Virus record (IMG/VR): IMGVR_UViG_3300049564_000005
Location: 1 to 43,787 of that record
Strand: one strand, 5' to 3'
Length of the DNA: 43,787 nt
DNA from: a virus
Taxonomy: Duplodnaviria > Caudoviricetes
Of this stretch, positions 1 through 7,852 are shown piece by piece. Under the pieces are notes generated by a model. The model was not told the DNA's origin and did not search any database. It saw only the letters and a program-made list of their open reading frames with translations. Made by a program: the position numbers and the translations under genes. How positions within the stretch are numbered: the first letter of the stretch is position 1; the number at the start of each line of letters is the position of its first letter.

Positions 1-1512
1 GAACTGCACCAGCATCGACGTCGGCGCTTGCTGCGGTTCTTGCCATGTCGGGATGATGATCAACAACGACTGCTTGTGCAGTTTCAGTAGCGCACGATCA
101 TCGTCAGTCAGCGTGCTGCTGTTCTCGACCACGAGCTTGTCGCCGCGTGCGAACAGTCGATGTCCTTTCGACAACATCAGCTGTTCGACTTCGTGCGTAG
201 TGAGTTCGTGCACCGGTTCAGTCACAACTGATAGTGTCTCATTTTGAGACACTTTGTCTTCGTCTGCAGACGCGCTAGGGCTCGATTCTACGGGCTCAGT
301 CTCGACTGAAGACAAGAACGCGTCCAGCGGGTTAAAGTCGTCGCCTGCGTCAGCTCTGTCAGCGACAGCAGCGCTCTGCGTCGCATCGTTAAACGCGTCA
401 AGCTCTGACAGTCCTGACGTGTCAGTCAGCACAATGTCGGTGACGTCGATCTGTACCGTCTGCGTCTGCGTCGTGTCGATCATCGGCGGCAGCGCTTCGG
501 GTTCTACCCACTGCCCGGGATTCTTGATTTCGTAGAAGGTCTCACCTTCGCCAGTCTTGCCAAGACCATTCGACGCACTCAAACGTCCTTTGTCTTTGAA
601 GACTTCGTATTTACCCTCAGCGATTTCAATCAGCTTATCGTTCAGCGGATAGATTCTGCTGCCAATGTTGAGCATGAAGCGAGAACCGGGCTTGAGTGCT
701 CGCATCGTGCGATGAATCAATGGCGCATAGAAGCCCTGCACCCAATCTGTAAACGATGCGTACCGATTCATGCTGTTGATCTTTTCGCCGGGCGCATAGT
801 GTTCCGTATCGTAATACGGTGGCGATGTCATCGCGAAGTCATACGCAGCGTTTTCAAGTGTGACGTCTTCAAACGGCGATTCATGAATCTCCGCGTTGAA
901 CTCACGCCGAAAGCTGCGAATGAACGTCAAGATCTGCCGAAGCCCGGCGGCTGTGCGTGCACTCGGTTCACAGCACGTATAGTCGTTCACGACTGCTGAG
1001 AATCCGAGCATGCGTCCGCCCCAGCCCGCGCAAGGATCCAGAATACGGCAGTTCTTGCTCATGCCGTATTCCAGCGCTAGATCGCGTGCGACGTGTGGCG
1101 GAAACTCTTGCACGTATGACGTGCCTTGCACGCCCATGCCAATGGACGCATACAGCAAGTCTTTCGTGTTGCCTTTCTTCTTGTTCAGCAGCACGACGCG
1201 TGCAAGCCCGTTGACGAACGCCGGGTCATGCAATGCCTTGAACAGTGAGATTGGAAATCGCTTCGTGCCCGTATCGAGTCGATGCGGATTGAAGTTCAAC
1301 GAGATGCGCTGTCCAGTTTTTTCGCCGATGCAAAGATTGGCGTAATCCACCACCGCTTCAAACGGATTCGTCAGCATCGTGACGAACTGTTCCAGCGTGA
1401 TGTTCTTCAGCTGCGCGAAGAGCGCACGCGACAACGTATCACGATCAACGTCGGGTGCCGCTGCAATCGCGTCGCCGAATAGATTTGTGTCTTCGTTTAA
1501 CTCAATCGTCAC
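1..1512 (-). CDS. Amino-(N4C/N6A) DNA methyltransferase fused to an acidic linker and a TubC_N-like domain; partial, runs off the left edge
   Basis: Absent from the ORF track because it is open at the edge. Hand translation from GTG 1512 (GTGA overlap with the upstream stop) gives 504 open codons with RILDPCAGWGG (SAM motif I), FAMTSPPYY (motif IV), a D/E/S/T-rich linker, then LSKGHRLFARGDKLVV...LTDDDRALLKLHKQSLL. Confidence 0.85.
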   Translation of the reverse strand, partial: MTIELNEDTNLFGDAIAAAPDVDRDTLSRALFAQLKNITLEQFVTMLTNPFEAVVDYANLCIGEKTGQRISLNFNPHRLDTGTKRFPISLFKALHDPAFVNGLARVVLLNKKKGNTKDLLYASIGMGVQGTSYVQEFPPHVARDLALEYGMSKNCRILDPCAGWGGRMLGFSAVVNDYTCCEPSARTAAGLRQILTFIRSFRREFNAEIHESPFEDVTLENAAYDFAMTSPPYYDTEHYAPGEKINSMNRYASFTDWVQGFYAPLIHRTMRALKPGSRFMLNIGSRIYPLNDKLIEIAEGKYEVFKDKGRLSASNGLGKTGEGETFYEIKNPGQWVEPEALPPMIDTTQTQTVQIDVTDIVLTDTSGLSELDAFNDATQSAAVADRADAGDDFNPLDAFLSSVETEPVESSPSASADEDKVSQNETLSVVTEPVHELTTHEVEQLMLSKGHRLFARGDKLVVENSSTLTDDDRALLKLHKQSLLIIIPTWQEPQQAPTSMLVQF

Positions 1513-1883
1513 TGTTCTTCCTTTAAGAAAGACAACAGCTGCGCCCGATAGATACGCAGATAGTCATCAAGACGCCAGATCGTTCCGTTGGTATCGATGA
1601 GCATGCCGCACACAAGCACAGCACAATGTGCGTCGCCATCTTTCATGCGAAGACACACGATGCCTTGTTCGTCTTCAAGATCGTCAAAACTGCGGGAGAA
1701 TACGAGATTGGTACCGAGTCGCTTCGCTGCTAGCTGTATCGCCGACGTCGTTGCACCGTTGATTTCTGCATCCCACGGAAGCAGATCGCGGGCCGTTTCA
1801 TAATCAACCATGCAGAACATCGCAATACAAGCAATCGCACAGTCAGCGTCTGTGCGATTCTGCTCTATGCGTATTCTGATCAC
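1509..1883 (-). CDS. Peptidase C39-like (papain-fold) protein
   Basis: EQNRTDADCAIACIAM (Q..C catalytic helix) with later AHCAVL...LIDTNG; ATGA/GTGA coupling to neighbours. Confidence 0.7.
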   Translation of the reverse strand: MIRIRIEQNRTDADCAIACIAMFCMVDYETARDLLPWDAEINGATTSAIQLAAKRLGTNLVFSRSFDDLEDEQGIVCLRMKDGDAHCAVLVCGMLIDTNGTIWRLDDYLRIYRAQLLSFLKEEQ

Positions 1884-2029
1884 TTGATGCGCTTGAAAAT
1901 TTGTTCCACTTTGATGGCAGTGACGCCGCAGCCCATCGCATGGAGGTATTTTGGAATGTCAAGCTTGCGCAGCTGTTCAAGCGCACGTCGGAGCTTGACT
2001 GCTTCTGAGATGGTGCGACGTCTTGCCAC
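1880..2029 (-). CDS. Hypothetical small basic protein
   Basis: GTG start after AAGGAG; stop overlaps the next ATG. Confidence 0.55.
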   Translation of the reverse strand: MARRRTISEAVKLRRALEQLRKLDIPKYLHAMGCGVTAIKVEQIFKRIK

Positions 2030-2046
2030 GTGCACTCCTTGATGGG

Positions 2047-2745
2047 TTATGCGCTGACGTTCCAGAAAAGCGTGTCTTCGTTGAGCGTCGCATAGCGCTT
2101 GATGAACTGCCATGCTTTCGCGTCGTAATTACCGCACGAAGGAAACGGCGGCGGTTCTTTCGCGTCTTTCTCAAAGCGCTCTGGCGCACCCATGATCACT
2201 GCTTTGCTGGCGATGGGTGCATGCCCGACTTGGATACCGTAGAACTTCGCATCCGGCCATGCGAGCTGCAGCGCACGACTCAACACACCACTTGATGCGA
2301 TGCTCCAGACTTCTTTCGGTTGAATCGGTATCGCTTTCGCGACGTCTGACAGCGCATAGACGAACTTGGGAGCGTCAAGACCGAACGGCAGCAACATCGC
2401 ACCCGTGCGCTGTGCATACCCAATCGCTTTCGCGGTCACGTTCGACAAGTAACCAAGTGGCACTTCGATAACTTGCGCGCCAAGCTCACGCACGCGCAGC
2501 GTGTTCGCGTGCGGAGTTTTACGAGCTGCGCAGAAGATCGTTGCACGCTTGCCGTGCTCACGAGCTGTATACGCAAGTGCGAGCTGCGCCGCGCCCTGCA
2601 CAGGCGACGCGTAAACGTATTCCTCAACTCTGTCGTTGAAGAACACGGGGATTGCGCGACGTTTCGTCCCGCCCGGCAGTAAGTCGTCACGCAGCACGCT
2701 GATGCCATCATGCACGCGAATGACTGGTGGTGGTAGTTCTGTCAT
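2047..2745 (-). CDS. PLP-dependent fold-type-II enzyme (ACC deaminase/D-cysteine desulfhydrase-like); candidate DNA base-modification enzyme
   Basis: VLRDDLLPGGTKRR (PLP lysine), SPVQGAAQLALA, LLPFG, IASSGVL phosphate loop, NYDAKAW, TLFWNV. Confidence 0.8.
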   Translation of the reverse strand: MTELPPPVIRVHDGISVLRDDLLPGGTKRRAIPVFFNDRVEEYVYASPVQGAAQLALAYTAREHGKRATIFCAARKTPHANTLRVRELGAQVIEVPLGYLSNVTAKAIGYAQRTGAMLLPFGLDAPKFVYALSDVAKAIPIQPKEVWSIASSGVLSRALQLAWPDAKFYGIQVGHAPIASKAVIMGAPERFEKDAKEPPPFPSCGNYDAKAWQFIKRYATLNEDTLFWNVSA

Positions 2746-3164
2746 CGATACCGCCTCAGTTGAAGAATGTTTGCAAGCTGCGCTGCACGTTTCGATGGAC
2801 CAGTGCAGCCGGTTTGAAGATAGAACTTCTTCACGGCGCGTGTGTAATCAAGCTCAAAATCGAATTGGTCGCACGTCAGATCGACGCGCTTGCCTGTGTA
2901 GTCATCGATCAAGAAACGATGCAGCGTGCTGTCACCGGGCACGACAAGCGCCATGGGCGTCAAGTGCGCGGGAGTATGCCAATACACCATCTCTGAAACG
3001 AAGTAACAGCAGAACCGCGTGGGAGACATCGGGCTCCATGCTGTTCGCATCTGCTTCGTGGTCGCTGCGTCGTATGCTTTCAACGCCGCAGGACACATCT
3101 CACGCAACGCTGCGTGCAGCTGTGGTTGCGTGAACTCTACGAACTCAAATCCTGTTGGAGTCAT
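2742..3164 (-). CDS. YunG-like / papain-fold Cys-His-Asp hypothetical protein
   Basis: WSPMSPTRFCCYFVSE...HRFL...VDLTCDQF...PSKRA pattern. Start placed at ATG 3164 because the longer start lies inside a terminator. Confidence 0.55.
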   Translation of the reverse strand: MTPTGFEFVEFTQPQLHAALREMCPAALKAYDAATTKQMRTAWSPMSPTRFCCYFVSEMVYWHTPAHLTPMALVVPGDSTLHRFLIDDYTGKRVDLTCDQFDFELDYTRAVKKFYLQTGCTGPSKRAAQLANILQLRRYR

Positions 3165-3172
3165 GCGCAGAC

Positions 3173-3209
3173 AAAAATGCCCGGGCACTCGTGAGAGAAT
3201 GCCCGGGCA
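3173..3209 (-). terminator. Rho-independent terminator
   Basis: Minus strand TGCCCGGGCATTC-TCTCAC-GAGTGCCCGGGCA followed by TTTTT, just after the stop at 3217. Confidence 0.8.
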
Positions 3210-3216
3210 ATCGATG

Positions 3217-3750
3217 CTACTGCGCGACGGGCTCGGCAGCGGGCGCCGCCGACTCGGCTGCGATCTTCGCCTGCAGCTTTGCGGTGCGCTCCTGCAGCTT
3301 CGCCAGCTTCTGTGCGGGCGTCAGCTTCGGCGCGTTCTTCCGCGCTTCCTTGCGCTGCTCGGGCGTCAGCTTCACCTTCGGGGCCGCGAAGCCCTCGCCG
3401 GTCACGCTGATGCTGGCCGGCACTTCGCCGCCGAACAGCGTCTTGCTGGCGCGGATGCTGCCTCGCATGCCGTTCGCAGCGACGAACACGACGCTGGACG
3501 ACTTGCGGGCCTTGTCGCTCTTGTTGAACGTGACGACGGTTGCGTTCTCGGACATGATGACATTCTCTCCTGATGCTGGGACGTTCTGCTGCTGCGCGTC
3601 ATGCGCAACAACGTTCTCATTCACTGACGACGATTCTACTTGCGACGTCGCGGGCGTGTCAACGACTTTCTTGGAACTCTTTTTCTTGCTCGTCTTGGGC
3701 GTTCCGAGTGGCTTCGCTTCACCTGCGGGCATCGTCTTTGATGGGGCCAT
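3217..3750 (-). CDS. Lys/Ala-rich basic protein, possibly DNA-binding
   Basis: GAGGAG RBS, own terminator, repeated KLTPEQ/KLTPAQ, C-terminal helix. Confidence 0.7.
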   Translation of the reverse strand: MAPSKTMPAGEAKPLGTPKTSKKKSSKKVVDTPATSQVESSSVNENVVAHDAQQQNVPASGENVIMSENATVVTFNKSDKARKSSSVVFVAANGMRGSIRASKTLFGGEVPASISVTGEGFAAPKVKLTPEQRKEARKNAPKLTPAQKLAKLQERTAKLQAKIAAESAAPAAEPVAQ

Positions 3751-3807
3751 GTCTGTTTTCTCCTCTAAAAGTCTGCTGGGTTAAAGTCGTTCGTGCTTGT
3801 GATCAGC

Positions 3808-4713
3808 CTATTCGATGTCGTTCAGGACGTCAACAAGATCGTCCCATCGCTTGCTCGCTTTTTCAAGCAATCGTTTGTGCGTGTTCTCGCGTTCGACTTG
3901 CGCGTCCCACTTCTCTTCGTCAAGCACTGATGCGACAGAATCACGCACGAGCTGCACGAGCAGTGCGGGTTCCATTGCGTCAAGCTCCCAACTGTCGTCG
4001 CCGAACTCGGCAATGTAAGCTTTCGATCTGCTGTCAGTCGTCTTCGCGGGATTCGGCGGCGGCTGGTGCTCTTCGATTTGATCCATGTTGAGTGCGAGTC
4101 GTCGCAGCTCAGTGCCGCCCATGAACAGCTCAAGCCGCTCTTCGATGTCGCGTGTCATGTCTTTCCCGCTCGGGTCATGATCGCCGAAGTGCAAGATCAA
4201 CGTGTTCTGCCCGTTCTGCAGATGCTGCTTCAAGCGCATCGCACCTGCCCACATTTCGCTCTGCGACGTGTAGCCGCGGCAGCTGAAATATGGCACGTCA
4301 AGTTCGCTGCACACGCCTTCGAAGATGCCCGCCAGCGCGTCTTTTTCGATCCACACTTCAACGCGATACGGTTGATCAGCCCACTTGTCGATGCCGAACG
4401 AGTGCGCAGCGCTCTTCATGATTTCGCTGGGCGATGACCAGTGTGGCATGCTGCGCACGTTGCGCGTTCTGTCTTCGATAGCGTTCCAGTCGATGAGCCC
4501 GACAAGTCGCCCGTCGTTGATGATACTCCCAAGCAACGCATATTCCTTCATATTGTTCGCGATGAGTCCGCGACTGACGAACTGGTAATACAGCTGTCGC
4601 AGCGTCAGTCTGAAACCTTGCGACAGATACTCGGCAATGATTTCGTTCGCCTTGTGAATGACAGCAAGTCGCTTGGTTCCAATCTTCTTGTCGATGTATG
4701 CGATCTTAGGCAC
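3808..4713 (-). CDS. TopoVI-A/Spo11-like winged-helix + Toprim protein
   Basis: LTLRQLYY helix, VEVWIEKDAL (Toprim Glu), RGY, FGDHDPSG (DxD), WELDA; GTG 4713 with GGAGG RBS. Confidence 0.8.
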   Translation of the reverse strand: MPKIAYIDKKIGTKRLAVIHKANEIIAEYLSQGFRLTLRQLYYQFVSRGLIANNMKEYALLGSIINDGRLVGLIDWNAIEDRTRNVRSMPHWSSPSEIMKSAAHSFGIDKWADQPYRVEVWIEKDALAGIFEGVCSELDVPYFSCRGYTSQSEMWAGAMRLKQHLQNGQNTLILHFGDHDPSGKDMTRDIEERLELFMGGTELRRLALNMDQIEEHQPPPNPAKTTDSRSKAYIAEFGDDSWELDAMEPALLVQLVRDSVASVLDEEKWDAQVERENTHKRLLEKASKRWDDLVDVLNDIE

Positions 4714-4915
4714 GCTTCTGTTCCTCCGTGTCCGCGTCAAGCACAGCAAGCACTGTGCGCTCGTTGATCTTCATGCTGCGCATGCGACGCTTGAAGCACG
4801 CGAACAGCAACCGCTGGAAAACGTCTTCGCCCGCGAACTGCCGCTGTACCTGCAGCAAGTCGGCGGCGTTCTTGCTGAAGTGCTCTTTCCACATGTCGCG
4901 CAGCTCTTCTTGCAT
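4706..4915 (-). CDS. Hypothetical protein
   Basis: 69-aa ORF translationally coupled to both neighbours. Confidence 0.55.
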   Translation of the reverse strand: MQEELRDMWKEHFSKNAADLLQVQRQFAGEDVFQRLLFACFKRRMRSMKINERTVLAVLDADTEEQKRA

Positions 4916-5229
4916 CACAGCGCCTCGGCTTCGTCGTCGTTGCACCATTCACAGTCGACCGTGTCACACGTCTCAAGCGGCGTCATGTGCTGCAAGTCTT
5001 CAGCAGCACGCTGCCACAGTCTGTCAGTCGTCGGGCCCGCGTTCGCAATGACGACTTCATGCAGATCGTTGAGAAGACGGCCCTTCGGGGCCGTCAGAAC
5101 GATTTCGTGCCAGCCGCCATCGAAATTCGGCGTGACAGTGACGTTGTGCTGCTTCGCCAGACGCTTCACCGTTGCACGAGCGCTTGCAGCAGCGACGCGT
5201 TCAGCGGGTGACGTGTAGTATGCGCTCAT
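4915..5229 (-). CDS. Hypothetical protein with C-terminal CxxxxCxxC
   Basis: Coupled ORF ending CDTVDCEWC. Confidence 0.6.
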   Translation of the reverse strand: MSAYYTSPAERVAAASARATVKRLAKQHNVTVTPNFDGGWHEIVLTAPKGRLLNDLHEVVIANAGPTTDRLWQRAAEDLQHMTPLETCDTVDCEWCNDDEAEAL

Positions 5230-5819
5230 GACAGCACCACGATTGTGCGAACGTTGGGAACGGTCTGGAAGTGCTTCACGGCGGCCGCCTGCGCTTCGCT
5301 GAACAGCCCGTTGAACCAGAAGACGTGCTCCAAGTAGTCTTCGCGATCAGCGTCCTGCGCAGCGCAGAACGCCCAGTTACCGCGCCCGCTGGGCGTCTTG
5401 CCGTAAGCAGCGATGAAGCGCCGCTTGTTGACGTCGATATCGTGCACCTTCTGAACGTAGGGCTTCAGCGCGAACGTGTTCAGCTCGTCACGCCGCGTGA
5501 TCGCTTGCGCGTCGTTCGTGAACTGCTTCGCGACGACTTTGCCGCCGTTGAACGTGTCGCGCACTCGCCAGAGTTCTGTGCCGCGAAAGCGATACGCTTC
5601 GATTTCGTAGCGTCGAACCGTCTCGTTGATGACTTTGCCGTCTTCGTCCATGACAGCGAACAGCGCAATGCGCTTGATGTTCAGATGCGCGTTGCGGCGG
5701 CGCAGCTGCGTCTTCGCGTCAATCAGATTGTCGCTTTGCACGTTGAAGCCGACCGTGTAAACGTGCGCGTTGTTTTCGTCGTCGCGGGTGAACGTCATGT
5801 TGAATGCGAACGTTTTCAT
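5226..5819 (-). CDS. Hypothetical early protein
   Basis: ATG after AAGGGAG directly downstream of the 44-bp element; contains YGKTPSGRGNWAF. Confidence 0.7.
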   Translation of the reverse strand: MKTFAFNMTFTRDDENNAHVYTVGFNVQSDNLIDAKTQLRRRNAHLNIKRIALFAVMDEDGKVINETVRRYEIEAYRFRGTELWRVRDTFNGGKVVAKQFTNDAQAITRRDELNTFALKPYVQKVHDIDVNKRRFIAAYGKTPSGRGNWAFCAAQDADREDYLEHVFWFNGLFSEAQAAAVKHFQTVPNVRTIVVLS

Positions 5820-5827
5820 ATGTGCTC

Positions 5828-5871
5828 CCTTCGTTCGTCTCATTGCGAACGTGAGACAATCTTATCATGAC
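5828..5871 (-). promoter_or_regulatory. 44-bp promoter/hairpin element, copy 1
   Basis: Identical to 8526-8569; extended -10 TGATAAGAT, GTCTCA/TGAGAC stem, leads into the RBS. Confidence 0.75.
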
Positions 5872-5918
5872 TACATGCGATGTGTGCACACAATTGCACA
5901 CTTTCGTATCGTCTTGAT

Positions 5919-5931
5919 AATCAACGACTTA
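5919..5931 (+). promoter_or_regulatory. IHF-consensus site
   Basis: AATCAACGACTTA matches WATCAANNNNTTR exactly. Confidence 0.55.
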
Positions 5932-6142
5932 CAGCACTCCCAGTCCACGTCAGCACGTGGTTTTTCTCGTCCACGAGCTTCGCACGCTTCAGCGTGTCGA
6001 TGATCGTGTTGTATGTCTGCGCGTCAACGAACTGCATCACGCGTGCATAGAACACGCCGTTAGGCACTTCGTGCAGCTCTTGTAGCGCTTCAGCAATCGC
6101 AATCGTCTGCAGCGTCAGTCGTCTGTGATTCGTGCTGCTCAT
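5921..6142 (-). CDS. Small winged-helix-like protein
   Basis: VPNGVFYARVM...IIDTLKRAKLV...HVLTW pattern. Confidence 0.6.
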   Translation of the reverse strand: MSSTNHRRLTLQTIAIAEALQELHEVPNGVFYARVMQFVDAQTYNTIIDTLKRAKLVDEKNHVLTWTGSAVSR

Positions 6143-6453
6143 CGCAGTGCCTTCTGTGCGATTGGAAGCGTTGCGAACAAGAATCCGATCATGTCGTTGA
6201 GCGGAGATCCGGGTGGCAAGTCTTCAAGCTTGGGCCATGCGTGCTGGATGTCTTCAACACCAGAGACAAGCGATGCCAGCGCACGTTCCAGCGCTTCAGC
6301 TCTGATGATCAAATGCGTGAGCAACGTCCATGCTGTGTAGACGTCAGCTGTGTGCGGCGTCGTTGCGCCCGTTTGTGCGTTGAGCCACACGGCTAACGCG
6401 TTCGCGACGTCGCATTGGTTGCGTGTGCGCTTATCGATGTCGTCGCTTGTCAT
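6139..6453 (-). CDS. Hypothetical protein
   Basis: ATG after CAAGGAG; ATGA coupling downstream. Confidence 0.6.
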   Translation of the reverse strand: MTSDDIDKRTRNQCDVANALAVWLNAQTGATTPHTADVYTAWTLLTHLIIRAEALERALASLVSGVEDIQHAWPKLEDLPPGSPLNDMIGFLFATLPIAQKALR

Positions 6454-6781
6454 TGTGACTCCTTGGATGAATGAACACGTTCGAAGATGAGTAAACATCA
6501 TACGGCAGCACGCCGTAGATCAGAATCGGAGAATCGCGTCGCGTGCCGTCAAGACGTCGCGGCGGTTCTTGCTCACGCACTCGGGGTTCCGAGCAACACC
6601 AGACCGCCATACTCTGTTCGACTGTCGGCGGCGCGTGATATTCGCGCTGCTTGAGTGCTGCATAGACGTCTGGGCCAGCGGGCGGGACGTTGTATCGCTT
6701 GCCCAAGTCAGCGTTCGTGATGACTTGGGCAGCGACCGGCGATGCAATCAATAGCACGAGCAGCAACACGTTGACGATCAT
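6431..6781 (-). CDS. Predicted secreted protein with a TNxDL motif
   Basis: Signal peptide MIVNVLLLVLLIASPVAA followed by QVITNADL; ATGA overlap with the upstream stop. Confidence 0.6.
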   Translation of the reverse strand: MIVNVLLLVLLIASPVAAQVITNADLGKRYNVPPAGPDVYAALKQREYHAPPTVEQSMAVWCCSEPRVREQEPPRRLDGTRRDSPILIYGVLPYDVYSSSNVFIHPRSHNDKRRHR

Positions 6782-7017
6782 GACGTGAACTCCTCGTGCC
6801 GTGCGTCTTTGTTGAAGACTGCTGATTCCACGCAGTCTTCGTGGGCGTGTCTGCGCGTTGTTGGCGACGTCACGAAACGTGTGCCGTAGCCGATGACCCG
6901 ATTGCAGAACTTGCAAACGCTCTTCGCCATCAAGCGCGTCTGCGCACAGTCGAGATGACTGCACTTGCGACAGGGCCCGAACTTCGTGCCGGGTTTGCTG
7001 AGTATGCCGGCCGCCAT
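6778..7017 (-). CDS. Cys/His-rich putative Zn-finger protein
   Basis: CRKCSHLDC, CKFC, HEDC. Confidence 0.65.
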   Translation of the reverse strand: MAAGILSKPGTKFGPCRKCSHLDCAQTRLMAKSVCKFCNRVIGYGTRFVTSPTTRRHAHEDCVESAVFNKDARHEEFTS

Positions 7018-7154
7018 CACATCGCCCTGATGGTTGCGTGCACAAGACGTGTGAACGCGTTGCGCAGCACCGTTTCCAGCGAATGCCATTCGTCAGTCGT
7101 CATGTTGGGCTTGATGCGTTTCATTTCGTCTTCCACGAGCTGTTCGATAGTCAT
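7017..7154 (-). CDS. Small hypothetical protein
   Basis: 45-aa ORF with TGATG coupling at both ends. Confidence 0.5.
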   Translation of the reverse strand: MTIEQLVEDEMKRIKPNMTTDEWHSLETVLRNAFTRLVHATIRAM

Positions 7155-7585
7155 CACACGCTCCGTTTCTTGATAGGGTAGTAAAAGATCTTGTGTGTCG
7201 TCGTGTCGCAATCGAAGAAGCTATACACGTCGATGTCATCAAACATGTTGGGATCGTGCACGTTGTCACCTTCGATGGCGCACCAATGCCAGCCCTTGCG
7301 ATAGCTACCGCTGCTGCGCATGCGATGCACGCGCAGCAGCCCGAATGCGTCGCTAGGCAGTTCTGTTGACTTTTTCACTTGCACGCAGTCAAGCAGCGTG
7401 TAGCCGTAGAGCTGCAGTGCGCCGCGCAGCTCGTAAGCGCTCGTGCGATGCTTCCGATTGGAGTGTATCGGCTGTCGCACAAGCTGGATAGTTCGATAGA
7501 CGTGCTCAAACTCTGCGCCAGTCAGCATCGCCACGCACGTGATGCCGCATGACGTCTTGGTCGGTTGCTGCTGATGTGTGATCAT
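7154..7585 (-). CDS. Peptidase C39-like protein (second paralogue)
   Basis: QQPTKTSCGITCVAML...GWHWCAI...VHDP. Confidence 0.75.
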   Translation of the reverse strand: MITHQQQPTKTSCGITCVAMLTGAEFEHVYRTIQLVRQPIHSNRKHRTSAYELRGALQLYGYTLLDCVQVKKSTELPSDAFGLLRVHRMRSSGSYRKGWHWCAIEGDNVHDPNMFDDIDVYSFFDCDTTTHKIFYYPIKKRSV

Positions 7586-7722
7586 GGTGTTTGCTTTTTC
7601 TGCAGCTCAGGGCAGTCCCGGACGACATGCCCGGGATGCCCGCAATACGAGCACGCCCGCTGCTTGGGCTTGTTCTGCTCGACTTGCTTCCACTCGTTGT
7701 CGGACGTGGGACGATCACTCAT
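7582..7722 (-). CDS. CCHC zinc-knuckle microprotein
   Basis: CSYCGHPGHVVRDC = CX2CX4HX4C; ATGA coupling at both ends. Confidence 0.7.
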   Translation of the reverse strand: MSDRPTSDNEWKQVEQNKPKQRACSYCGHPGHVVRDCPELQKKQTP

Positions 7723-7787
7723 CGGTCCCACCCGAAGAACGCTGCTGCGAGCAGCGCGACACATGCGATGACGAAGAGCGTCAGCAT
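7719..7787 (-). CDS. 22-aa hydrophobic membrane micropeptide
   Basis: MLTLFVIACVALLAAAFFGWDR; GGGAG RBS; overlaps both neighbours. Confidence 0.5.
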   Translation of the reverse strand: MLTLFVIACVALLAAAFFGWDR

Positions 7788-7852
7788 GCTGCAAGCTCCC
7801 GCGCCGCGGCCCCAAGGACCGCGGCGACGAAGACGAAGAACAGCGCAAGCAT
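7781..7852 (-). CDS. 23-aa hydrophobic membrane micropeptide
   Basis: MLALFFVFVAAVLGAAARELAAC; TAATG coupling to the upstream stop. Confidence 0.5.
   Translation of the reverse strand: MLALFFVFVAAVLGAAARELAAC

Noticed and set aside
53-1600. Plus-strand ORFs in the track over 53-1600
   Set aside because: They are antisense shadows of the minus-strand MTase fusion, which carries clear catalytic motifs.
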